Assembly (NCBI GenBank): GCA_964509835.1
Contig: CAZDZC010000008.1
Span: 2,136-66,135 of the forward strand
DNA: 64,000 nt
Source of the DNA: an uncultured Acidobacteriota bacterium
Lineage (GTDB): Bacteria > Acidobacteriota > G020349885 > CAZDZC01
Reading direction: 5' to 3'
In this document: positions 16,913 to 25,802 of the stretch, piece by piece
How positions within the stretch are numbered: the first letter of the stretch is position 1
Layout: each line of letters begins with the position of its first letter
Position numbers and translations under genes: made by a program
Notes under the pieces: model-generated
Told to the model about the DNA's origin: nothing
Database searches by the model: none
The model's input: only the letters and a program-made list of their open reading frames with translations

Positions 16913-19900
16913 ATGAAGAAAACATTACTTACTCTTTTGATCTCGATATTTATACTGACAACACCCTTTGCTGTTTCCCCACCGGAACAGATCAATTATC
17001 AGGGGGTCCTCAGGGACAATAATGATGAACCGCTGACAGGTTCATACGATATGGTGTTCAGACTGTATGATGATCCCGCAGCCGGAAACCTGCTTCTGAC
17101 AGACTCCCATCTCGCTTCCGGAACAGGTTATGTGGCTGTAACCGGAGGTTTGTTCAATGTGGCAATCGGAAGCGGAGCGATAACAACTGGAACAGAATCG
17201 ACTCTTTCCAATGTATTTGCCAATAATACTGCCGTTTATCTTGAAGTTCAGATAGGAGCGGAAACGCTGAACTCGAGAATTCAAGTTATTTCCTCTGCAT
17301 CCGCTTTGAACGCCAATAATCTTGATGGTCTTGATTCTACAGCTTTCTCCCTTGATGGTCACGACCACAACACTCTATATTATACAGAAACAGAGCTTCA
17401 GGGTGACGGTTCATCATTTGTCCACTGGAATAACCTTACTAATGTTCCTATGGGATTGGGGGATGGAGATACTTTGGACCAATTGACCTGTTCAGATGGT
17501 CAGATGGCCAAGTGGAGCAATGTGTTTTCAGCATGGGAATGTGCACCAGATGTAGATACGGATACAACATACACAGCAAGCACCGGCATAACTCTTATAG
17601 GCAGTGAATTTCAACATGAAGATACATCTACCCAATCAAATGTTTTTAACTCTAATGGGACTGTAGTCGAGGATGTTGCTTTTGACGGGTTTGGACATGT
17701 GACAGGAGTGACTTCATATAACCTCGACGGCCGTTATTTCACAGAAACAGAACTTAGCACTGATACTTTTGCACAAGTCCATTGGAACAATCTGAGCAAT
17801 ATTCCTGCAGATATAGCTGACGGTGGAGATGCTGATACGCTTGACGGTTACAATTCAACAGCTTTTATGTCATCTTCTGCAGACAGCTGGGTGGATGAAA
17901 CCGGGGATACGATGACAGGGAATTTATATCTGAATGGGGGTTCGATAGGTGTAGGAGTTTCCCCTGTTTCCAGTTACGGTGTCTACAGTAAAGGCTTTGA
18001 CAGGGCAGGCGTGTTTAACGGTAACAGATGGGGACTGGATGTTGATGTTGATGCTAATACCACATCATCAATAAATGGCATTGAAGTAACCGCAAAGAAC
18101 AGTGTTTCAAGCAGTACTCCTATAATTTACGGGGTTTTCTCATCTGCCCAGGACGGCGGCACTTCGAATAACGGTTATGTCTGCGGTATATGGTCTTCCG
18201 CAACCGGCAGTTCAAGCGGTTCAAGCACTCTTTACGGTTTGAGAGCTTCAGCAGGAGGCAGTAGCGGGACATCATACGGTGTTTACGGTATCGGCACCAG
18301 TAATAATCCATCCTTCCCCGCATATGGTGTATACGGCGAAATATCCGGAACCGGCAACAATACTGCTGTATACGGGAGTGCCTTTGATCTGACAACGAGC
18401 GGAGAACACACAGCAGTGAGGGGAGAAGCTACAGGGCTTGGAACAAATTACGGTGGAAGGTTCTCTGCAAGCGGAGGAACTACGAACTGGGGTATATATG
18501 TGACCGGGAACGGCTACATCAGCGGATTGCTGGATTTCGGGAGTGGTTCAGACGATGACCTGAAAGCGTCTGATGTTAGCACTCTAACGGGTGGGGGCAG
18601 TGCTGACGGACTTCATGATCACAACTGGATCGGGGGATTGCCTTACACCAGTTTTCTCAGAAGTGATGCTGATGACACTGCAAGCGGTATTATAACTTTT
18701 ACTGCAGGAACTACAGATATCAGGGGATCAATTGTCGATAATGATTTATCTGACACGAATGTAAACATAGGGGAAAATCTTTATGTTGAAGGAGAAAATT
18801 TAGGAATAAATACTGCTCCTGTTTCAAATAGGGCCATTACTACATCCGGCTCAACAGTATACGGAGGCTATTTAATAGGCTCTCAATATGGATCGTACAA
18901 CTGGGCTACTAACAATGCCAGTTGGGATATGTATGGCAGTTACTGCGTAGCTCAGAACAATAACTTCCTGAGTGGAACAACATATGGACTTTATGCTGAG
19001 GCCTCAGGAGGTCTTGAATCCTGGGGAATTTATACTCCCGATGACGCTTCTGTTAACGGGACTCTCAGGACATCTCTCATATCAGACTATAACAATTCCG
19101 TATATTATCTTGACCCATCTTCGTCAACAACATCGGCAAGACTTGCAGGTGACCTTCAGATTGGTTATGGAGATACTGCTGATGATGATTATCTATATTT
19201 TGACCAGAGTGCCGAGTACTTTGTTTGGCAGAATTCATTGTCGCGTTTCTTTCTAAGCGATGATTTGCAGGTCTCCCTTAACCTGCTGGTTGACGGAAAT
19301 GCAAAACTGGGTGTTGCAACTGATGATACTCATACATTCTGGGGAACACTTACATCAGGTTCAGCGAGTGATTCTCACAGAATTTTACCAAATACCAGTA
19401 ACTATGGTTATATAGGAACTTCATTAAACTACTGGTACTTTATATACGCTTCCGGTCTGAGATATAAGTCTATTGCTACTTTTGATGACTATCCTGATTT
19501 GGATCTTATCGATGCCATGGATGTTGAATACACTAATGACATTAAAACAGGAGAAAGGTACATGACCTTTGTCCAGGATGCCATACCGGATATTATCAAA
19601 GGTACACCAACACCCGATGATCCTCATGCCGATCAGTTCATTGATGTAGCAAAAGCAGACGGTCTTCTTTTCGGTGCTGTAAAACAGCTTCGGCAGGAAG
19701 GAAGGGACAGAGAAACATCGCTGAGAGAAGAACTTGATCTCCGCACTCCCGATGAAGAGACAGGTATTCAGGAAATGAACGGTAATCTCCAGCTGGTGCT
19801 TGACAGGGATGCAAACGAATCATCCAGAATGTCAGTATTCAGGAACGGCGAGACCGGAATCTCTGAAGAACTTATGAGACTTGATGAAGAAGGCAACCTT

Positions 19901-20428
19901 CATATAAAAGGAGCACTGAAGCCCAATGCACTTGATCTTGCAGAATATCATCCGGTAAACGGCGAATTTGAAATCGGCGATGTGCTTGTCATGGATCCTT
20001 ATCAGGAAGGAAGACTGACCAGATGTAACTTGGAAGCCGATCCGATGGTTTTCGGCATTGTCTCTGGATCTCCCGGTGTTGCTCTCGGTTCTGGACTTGA
20101 CAGGATCGCGGAACTGGAGCCAGACCTTGCAATGAAGATCAACGAGGCAAGATACATCAATGACACTGCTGCCGAAGAGGAAGCGTGGCTGGAATTGCAG
20201 ACACGGTTTGAAACATCCCATGCTGCCGTTGCTCTTTCCGGAGTTGTTCCCTGCAAGGTTGATGCGTCGTATGGCAGTATTCAGAGAGGTGACCTGCTTG
20301 TCGCATCACCCAATCCCGGCTATGCAATGAGAGCGGACAGCCCTGTTCCCGGCACGATTATTGGCAAAGCGGTCCAGAAACTTGAAGACGGAGAAGGCGT
20401 GATAAATGTGCTTGTGATGCTGAGGTGA
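16913..20428 (+). CDS. Large exported tail-fibre-like / surface fibre protein with an endosialidase-chaperone (S74)-like region and a C-terminal beta domain
   Basis: 1171 aa with a signal peptide. The N-terminal INYQGVLRD...GLFNVAIG module is followed by the duplicated module Y(Y/F)TETEL..VHWNNL(T/S)N(V/I)P..DG(D/G)D(T/A)LD and LDG(L/Y)(D/N)STAF motifs. A Gly/Ser/Tyr-rich repeat core (YGVYS, YGVYGIG, YGVYGEISG) follows. The segment DLDLIDAMDVEY..FVQDAIPDII..GLLFGAVKQLRQE resembles intramolecular-chaperone domains. The C-terminus reads GTIIGKAVQKLEDGEGVINVLVML. Confidence 0.6.
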   Translation: MKKTLLTLLISIFILTTPFAVSPPEQINYQGVLRDNNDEPLTGSYDMVFRLYDDPAAGNLLLTDSHLASGTGYVAVTGGLFNVAIGSGAITTGTESTLSNVFANNTAVYLEVQIGAETLNSRIQVISSASALNANNLDGLDSTAFSLDGHDHNTLYYTETELQGDGSSFVHWNNLTNVPMGLGDGDTLDQLTCSDGQMAKWSNVFSAWECAPDVDTDTTYTASTGITLIGSEFQHEDTSTQSNVFNSNGTVVEDVAFDGFGHVTGVTSYNLDGRYFTETELSTDTFAQVHWNNLSNIPADIADGGDADTLDGYNSTAFMSSSADSWVDETGDTMTGNLYLNGGSIGVGVSPVSSYGVYSKGFDRAGVFNGNRWGLDVDVDANTTSSINGIEVTAKNSVSSSTPIIYGVFSSAQDGGTSNNGYVCGIWSSATGSSSGSSTLYGLRASAGGSSGTSYGVYGIGTSNNPSFPAYGVYGEISGTGNNTAVYGSAFDLTTSGEHTAVRGEATGLGTNYGGRFSASGGTTNWGIYVTGNGYISGLLDFGSGSDDDLKASDVSTLTGGGSADGLHDHNWIGGLPYTSFLRSDADDTASGIITFTAGTTDIRGSIVDNDLSDTNVNIGENLYVEGENLGINTAPVSNRAITTSGSTVYGGYLIGSQYGSYNWATNNASWDMYGSYCVAQNNNFLSGTTYGLYAEASGGLESWGIYTPDDASVNGTLRTSLISDYNNSVYYLDPSSSTTSARLAGDLQIGYGDTADDDYLYFDQSAEYFVWQNSLSRFFLSDDLQVSLNLLVDGNAKLGVATDDTHTFWGTLTSGSASDSHRILPNTSNYGYIGTSLNYWYFIYASGLRYKSIATFDDYPDLDLIDAMDVEYTNDIKTGERYMTFVQDAIPDIIKGTPTPDDPHADQFIDVAKADGLLFGAVKQLRQEGRDRETSLREELDLRTPDEETGIQEMNGNLQLVLDRDANESSRMSVFRNGETGISEELMRLDEEGNLHIKGALKPNALDLAEYHPVNGEFEIGDVLVMDPYQEGRLTRCNLEADPMVFGIVSGSPGVALGSGLDRIAELEPDLAMKINEARYINDTAAEEEAWLELQTRFETSHAAVALSGVVPCKVDASYGSIQRGDLLVASPNPGYAMRADSPVPGTIIGKAVQKLEDGEGVINVLVMLR

Positions 20429-20496
20429 TTTCTCCCGCAGCGCACCCAGGAAAATCAGGGGCATAACATATCAAAATCATAAGAGTGTGCTCAAAG

Positions 20497-20525
20497 TTGA
20501 CAAATCTAACATTGAATGTTATTAT
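20497..20525 (+). promoter_or_regulatory. Putative sigma70-type promoter (TTGACA-17 nt-TATTAT with TGT extended -10) containing a 6+1+6 palindrome
   Basis: TTGACA at 20497..20502 and TATTAT at 20520..20525. The palindrome AACATTgAATGTT (20508..20520) sits in the spacer and looks operator-like. Confidence 0.45.
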
Positions 20526-20550
20526 AGGCATAGATTAACAGGAGTCTTTG

Positions 20551-21723
20551 ATGTATATCAAAAGAATACTCAGTTCAACATTCATTAAAGCAGTTTCAGG
20601 AATGCCTGCTGTATTAGTGACAGGGCCAAGACAGTCCGGAAAAACGACTTTCCTTAAAAACGAAACCCCTGAAGGCTTTGAGTATGTTTCCTTTGATGAT
20701 CCCCTCAACCGTCAAACAGCTATGGCTGACCCGGCAGGGTTTCTGAAACAATTGCAGCAGGAAAGGGTTGTTCTTGATGAGATACAGTATGTGCCGGAGC
20801 TTTTTCCTTACATAAAAATGGCAATAGACAGCGCTCCTGGTAAAAACGGCAGGTGGATAATGACAGGTTCCCAGCAGTTTTCTGTCATGAAAAATATATC
20901 CGAATCCCTTGCGGGAAGGGTCGCGATTCTCAACCTTTTGCCGTTCCATACGCTTGAGAGAATAAATGGCGGGGAATCCCTGGAGAACCTTATCTGGAAC
21001 GGAGGATATCCGGGCATCATAACCGGAAAGGACATCAGAGATATATGGCTGCCATCCTACATATCCACATACATTGAAAGAGATGTCAGGCAGATAATAA
21101 ATGTGCAGGACATAAACCAGTTCCAGACATTCACATCCCTGTGCGCAGCATCGCATGGACAGGAGCTCAACATGGCATCACTTTCAAGGTCGTGCGGACT
21201 CTCACAGCCCACATGCAAACGGTGGATATCCATATTGAGCTCATCATTCATCATAATGCTTGTCAAACCGTATTTCAAAAATCTGGGGAAGCGGCAGATA
21301 AAAGCACCGAAACTGTATTTTCTCGACAGCGCAATCGCAAACCATCTCACACGGCAGCCTTCAAAAGACGCTGCTCTTGCAGGTTCGATGGGCGGGGCTT
21401 TTTTTGAGGGATTCGTGATAACCGAGACCCACAAAATACTCACTTCAGTTAACAGGCAGCATGATATTTTTTTCTGGCGGTCGCACGGAGGGTTGGAGGT
21501 TGATATGATCCTTATAAAAGACGGTATAACCCACGCTGTCGAAATAAAGAAAACCTCAACTCCGAAATTGAGACACGGAGACAATCTGGTGAAATTTGCC
21601 GAACTTTCAGGTATTCAGGATCTGCGAATGTGGCTGGTGACAAACAGCGAAAGAAGGCTGACCCTTCCATCCGGAGTGGAGGTTCTTCCATGGAACGATT
21701 ACCTGGAAATGCTGGCGGACTAA
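20551..21723 (+). CDS. AAA-type ATPase with DUF4143 C-terminal domain (AAA_14/DUF4143 family)
   Basis: About 390 aa. Walker A GPRQSGKTT and Walker B VVLDEIQ are present. The later YISTYIERDV and KLYFLDSAI motifs are typical of the DUF4143 family. The ATG at 20551 has an AGGAG RBS 7 nt upstream. Confidence 0.8.
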   Translation: MYIKRILSSTFIKAVSGMPAVLVTGPRQSGKTTFLKNETPEGFEYVSFDDPLNRQTAMADPAGFLKQLQQERVVLDEIQYVPELFPYIKMAIDSAPGKNGRWIMTGSQQFSVMKNISESLAGRVAILNLLPFHTLERINGGESLENLIWNGGYPGIITGKDIRDIWLPSYISTYIERDVRQIINVQDINQFQTFTSLCAASHGQELNMASLSRSCGLSQPTCKRWISILSSSFIIMLVKPYFKNLGKRQIKAPKLYFLDSAIANHLTRQPSKDAALAGSMGGAFFEGFVITETHKILTSVNRQHDIFFWRSHGGLEVDMILIKDGITHAVEIKKTSTPKLRHGDNLVKFAELSGIQDLRMWLVTNSERRLTLPSGVEVLPWNDYLEMLAD

Positions 21724-21850
21724 ATTTCATATGGCGGTTTACCCCGTGTTGGAATGCCTTGTTGAACCGCCCCCCTTGCCATAAATCAATGTTCAGTATA
21801 GAATACAGCTTCATGATTTGACGGAAGATTTTCATTCAGAGGAGGAAGAC

Positions 21851-22528
21851 ATGAAGATAAACAGCTATATACAGACTATAAGTCAGATCAAATCTGACAT
21901 ACTTAAAAGCAGGTCCCTTGTTTCAAAGATAGCGAACAGAGAATTGCTGGCATTATATTTTAGAGTAGGTTCAATAATATCCGATAAAGTGACCAGAGAG
22001 AAATGGGGCAGCAGAACTATCGAGAATTTATCCGCAGACCTTCAAAAGGAGCTCAAAGGCCTGAGAGGTTTTTCATTTACGAATTTAAAAAGGATGAGGC
22101 AGTTTTATGAAGAATGGAAACCTTATTTGCGGAATCGATCGGATATTCCGGGTTTAATAAGCCCGTTGTCAACGGTCCAATTGAATCTGCCTGCGAATGT
22201 AATTAGCCCGTTGCTAACGGGCCAATTAATGGAACTCTTTGTTAATCTTACATTTACTGCGCATTGTGAGATAATGGCCAAGGCTAAAACTATTGATGCC
22301 AAAGTGTTTTATATTGCTAAAGCTGCGTCTGAGTTCTGGAATATTGAAACATTAAAAAGAAACTTAAAAAGCAGACTTTTTGAAAAAACAGGCAAACTGC
22401 CTAATAATTTCGAGGAGACCCTTCCCGAAAAAAGCAGGGGGAATGTGCTTGCGGCTTTCAGAGATCAGTATCTGCTGGATTTTGTAAGAATATCGGATGA
22501 AAAAACGCTAAAGAAACTTATGGATTGA
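21851..22528 (+). CDS. DUF1016/YhcG-family protein, N-terminal part only (C-terminal PD-(D/E)XK nuclease core missing)
   Basis: The ATG at 21851 has a GGAGG RBS. LLALYFRVGSIISDKV..WGSRTIENLSADLQKELKGLRGFSFTNLKRMRQFYEEW matches the YhcG N-domain. The ORF stops right after FRDQYLLDFV, where the nuclease domain normally begins. Confidence 0.6.
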   Translation: MKINSYIQTISQIKSDILKSRSLVSKIANRELLALYFRVGSIISDKVTREKWGSRTIENLSADLQKELKGLRGFSFTNLKRMRQFYEEWKPYLRNRSDIPGLISPLSTVQLNLPANVISPLLTGQLMELFVNLTFTAHCEIMAKAKTIDAKVFYIAKAASEFWNIETLKRNLKSRLFEKTGKLPNNFEETLPEKSRGNVLAAFRDQYLLDFVRISDEKTLKKLMD

Positions 22529-22696
22529 CGGTTTAAAAGACAATGAAAAAACTGCAACATGCTGAGCGGGAAAGCTTGGATCCCGCAAAATACTTTCGGC
22601 CTTGCCCTTATCCCCTGCTCCGGTCTATAATGTTCCTTCTCATATTCACGGAGGAAAATTTGGATCACCGCCCCGCAGAATGATTTTTCTCCGAAG

Positions 22697-22750
22697 CAGA
22701 AAAAAATCCTGCCGGAGTTCAGCGGTAGGGGGAAATGTGTGGCAGGATTT
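22697..22750 (-). terminator. Possible minus-strand terminator-like hairpin in a 700-bp non-coding gap
   Basis: The 10-bp arms AAATCCTGCC (22704..22713) and GGCAGGATTT (22741..22750) are followed, on the minus strand, by a T-run. The 27-nt loop is unusually large. Confidence 0.3.
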
Positions 22751-22883
22751 CAGTCATGATGGGTTCTTCTAAAGGTTAAGAACATACTGTACTGCAATCC
22801 ATTTTTCTTCAACATCTTGAGGGGATTCTTTAATTTCAAATCGCTAATTTGACAATCCCGAAATATTGTAATAACATTTAATC

Positions 22884-22985
22884 GTCAGAGTAATAGCGCT
22901 AATGCGGCGATTCAAAAATTGCAGGCATTTTTTGACCAAGCCAAATGGGTCTTGGAAGCATTGCCGTATTAGCTGTTACTCTGAC
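22884..22985. other. Long imperfect hairpin (14 bp + 2-nt bulge + 9 bp stem enclosing about 54 nt): candidate structured RNA or inverted-repeat relic
   Basis: GTCAGAGTAATAGC[GC]TAATGCGGC (22884..22908) pairs with GCCGTATTAGCTGTTACTCTGAC (22963..22985), including two G-U pairs. An inner helix CCAAG/CTTGG is present. TGCAGGCA (22920..22927) can alternatively pair with TGCCTGCA (22995..23002). Confidence 0.35.
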
Positions 22986-23232
22986 AAGAAACAGTGCCTG
23001 CATTCTTCCTTGACCCTTTCTTTATGGTCTTCGGAAGAATTAATTGAAACCCCTTTCTTTCGGAGGCACAATGAAAAACGAATTAATCTTTCCGCAATAA
23101 ACAGAATTGGCAGAATGCAAGCATAACAAACTTGTAGCAAATTAGGAGCGTTATGGAGCTGAGAGTTGAAAGGTAAAAGATTTTCTGTTACCTAAAGGTC
23201 ATTGTTGATTTTTTTCAAAGAGGAGCAATGGA

Positions 23233-25677
23233 ATGAAAAAGCTAGTGCTGTTTTGGGGTGTTTTTCTGATCGTTTCAATATTCCCGATGTGCAATTTTGC
23301 TGATATCAACGAGCCAGAAGATATAAATTGCTATTTGTTAAATGGAGTTAGCAACAACATACCGTCCAATTGGCTATATTCATGCCAAGAAAAATGGAAT
23401 CAATCATTGGAACCAATTGTAATCAGAGAATCACATGAGATTACTTCTGACACAAATGGCAAGTTTATTCTTGAAATATGGGAAACCCTTGAGAATTTTG
23501 GCTTTAAAGAAATAACTGAAATCTTTGTCTATAACGCAATCACCGACGAAGACATAGTTTCTTCAAATAGCCATGCTTTGTGGGTTTTGCAGGCATCTTC
23601 ACCGCAATCCGTAGCGAGACTCAGTTGTTACTTCGAGAACAATGGGAATGTCTATCGTTTTAGATATCTTGTTACAGACGCTGGCAAAGGATTGCAGCAA
23701 TTTATGAATCTTACATCCAAAGTAATGTTGACAAACAATATCCCGTCACATTTTCTAGACATACCTAAAGAAATACTTGAAATTATCGCAAATGGAGGGT
23801 TAGAACCAACGGGTGAGACATGTTGTTCTTATTATAGCTCTGGAAATTGCTATCCTTGTTGCTCTGCTGGGAATTGCACTTGGTGGTGCAGATACAAAAG
23901 AACAGATATTGCTAACTGCGGATGGGGTAATGCAAAAGAATGGATTGCAAGTGCACAAAGCGCAGGTTTTCCAACCGGTTCAACACCTTTGGTTGGATCT
24001 ATAATGGTTATGGACGCCTATGAATGCTATGCTGCTTCCTATGGTCATGTGGCGTATGTTGAAAGCGTGAACGGCTCCAATATAACAGTATCTGAAATGG
24101 GTTGCGAGTCTTGGTATTGCGCGAGAACCAATGTTGTTTCTTCTTCTTGTGGAAGTCTTCAATACATATATACCAAAACAGGCGGAGGCTGCAATATTTT
24201 AAACTGGGAATTCAGTGGAAGCGACTACACTGAAACAGACGGCTGGACGACGAACTCGCATATGCAGATAATGAATGTCTCGGATGGTGTTATTGACCTG
24301 GATCCCAAGAACTGCCCTGATTTATGCGATCCGATGTTTCTAAGCCCTTCAGGTCTTTGTGTCTCAGCGGCAACTTATCCAAGGCTTGAAATCAGAATGA
24401 AAAGCAGCACCTACACAAGCGCAGGGGATATTTTCTTTCAAAGGTCTGTTGATTCCGATTTCAGCACGGCCAGAAGAATAATTATGGATTTTGATATTTC
24501 AGGGGCTTACACATACTATAACATCAATATGGCGGCCAATTCCAATTGGAACGGCACAATATCCCGTCTCCGTATTGATCCGCCCAGCGGCGACACAGAC
24601 GGTTCATGGGATCACCATATGATTGATTATATCAGGTTCAGTAACTGCTGTATGAAAGACAACTGGCAGTGGAACACTTATGGTGATAAAGAAGGATGGA
24701 CAGCGGTAAACTGCACCATACCAGGCACACAACCTGTAGATGGTCATTACCTGCTTTATCCCAGCACCAACGACCCGCAGTTTATAAGTCCGAGGCTTTG
24801 CGAATCAACTAATGATTTTGATGGCATTAGACTTGGGATAGCAGCGCAAACCTCGTCCAACAAGGTTCAAATATTCTTCTCGACTGATACAGAGACTTTC
24901 TTTTCAGAGGATAAATCGAAAACTATCTATGTAACAAATGATGGAGGCTGGTACTCCTACGAAGTAGAACTTGGCGACAATCCAAAATGGACGGGAATTA
25001 TAAGAAAGCTCCGCATTGATCCCCCGAATGGTCCTAACATCATGGGTTTTGATTATGTGGAACTGATTGATGGTACTTATCTGCCCCCTGCGGATACCGA
25101 TCCGCCTGTCTGGGACACAACAACCGGAATACAGGCTGTAACCGATCCCATGAATTGCGATGGCATTCTCAGCTTATCGTGGAATACTGCCAGCGACTTA
25201 ACAACACCGGTAACATACAACATATATCGTGATATTTTGACCGGGTTCACGCCTGATGCCATTACCTATGTAAATAGCACAACTGGGACATCTTATGAAG
25301 ATTTATACTTAACGCCTGGACAGACTTACTACTATGTGGTTCGAGCCCAGGACGCTGCTGATCCGGCAAATGAAGATGACAATATCGTTGAGCTGTCAGG
25401 TACTGCAACAGATTCTGAAAATGCACTGGCGCCTGTCACAGGGCTGATGATGGACACAGCGGGAAACATGGAATGGGTAGATTCCGGTGCTCTTGAGGTG
25501 AAATATAATATCTACAGAAGCACAAATGCTGATTACACAACAGGCGTAACAATGCTTGGCGAAACGGTAGATGGCAATACAACAACTTTTGTTTCAGCTG
25601 AGAACCCTGCAAATCCCGGAGATTGCTGGTTCTATAAAGTAAAAGCGGTTGATGAGTGCGGGCAGGAGATGGACTGA
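23233..25677 (+). CDS. Large exported CHAP-domain (cysteine/histidine amidohydrolase-peptidase) protein with repeated beta domains and FN3-like C-terminal modules
   Basis: 814 aa with a signal peptide. The CHAP core is NCTWWCRYKR..WGNAKEWIASAQSAGFPTGSTPLVGSIMVMD..YGHVAYVESVNGSNITVSEMG. Two copies of a module end in (S/R)(R/K)LRIDPP. FN3-like segments follow (LSWNTASD..YNIYRD, YYYVVRAQD, YNIYRS..FYKVKAVD). Confidence 0.75.
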   Translation: MKKLVLFWGVFLIVSIFPMCNFADINEPEDINCYLLNGVSNNIPSNWLYSCQEKWNQSLEPIVIRESHEITSDTNGKFILEIWETLENFGFKEITEIFVYNAITDEDIVSSNSHALWVLQASSPQSVARLSCYFENNGNVYRFRYLVTDAGKGLQQFMNLTSKVMLTNNIPSHFLDIPKEILEIIANGGLEPTGETCCSYYSSGNCYPCCSAGNCTWWCRYKRTDIANCGWGNAKEWIASAQSAGFPTGSTPLVGSIMVMDAYECYAASYGHVAYVESVNGSNITVSEMGCESWYCARTNVVSSSCGSLQYIYTKTGGGCNILNWEFSGSDYTETDGWTTNSHMQIMNVSDGVIDLDPKNCPDLCDPMFLSPSGLCVSAATYPRLEIRMKSSTYTSAGDIFFQRSVDSDFSTARRIIMDFDISGAYTYYNINMAANSNWNGTISRLRIDPPSGDTDGSWDHHMIDYIRFSNCCMKDNWQWNTYGDKEGWTAVNCTIPGTQPVDGHYLLYPSTNDPQFISPRLCESTNDFDGIRLGIAAQTSSNKVQIFFSTDTETFFSEDKSKTIYVTNDGGWYSYEVELGDNPKWTGIIRKLRIDPPNGPNIMGFDYVELIDGTYLPPADTDPPVWDTTTGIQAVTDPMNCDGILSLSWNTASDLTTPVTYNIYRDILTGFTPDAITYVNSTTGTSYEDLYLTPGQTYYYVVRAQDAADPANEDDNIVELSGTATDSENALAPVTGLMMDTAGNMEWVDSGALEVKYNIYRSTNADYTTGVTMLGETVDGNTTTFVSAENPANPGDCWFYKVKAVDECGQEMD

Positions 25678-25755
25678 TAAGGTTCCACTGGTATTTAAAG
25701 GAGTGGCGAATGGCCAAATATATGTGATTTAGAGGATAGCCACAAAATGTAGCTG

Positions 25756-25783
25756 GTGGACGGTGGGAATACCCACCGTCCAC
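25756..25783 (+). terminator. Perfect 12-bp stem / 4-nt loop hairpin after the CHAP gene (no T-tract)
   Basis: GTGGACGGTGGG-AATA-CCCACCGTCCAC. It lies 79 nt after the stop at 25677 and 20 nt before the next start. Confidence 0.4.
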
Positions 25784-25802
25784 ATTCAGAGAGAGGTTTT
25801 AA

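Noticed and set aside
16280-20428. Prophage, because of the tail-fibre-like protein
   Set aside because: No capsid, portal, terminase, sheath, baseplate, integrase or att-like repeats appear anywhere in the flanks. The gene follows the ndk terminator directly, so I treat it as a stand-alone fibre gene.
22884-22985. SRP (4.5S) RNA, because of the roughly 100-nt long hairpin containing GGAAGCA
   Set aside because: It lacks the conserved domain IV apical motif (CAGGUCCGGAAGGAAGCAGCC with a GNRA tetraloop). Only a 7-nt coincidence remains.
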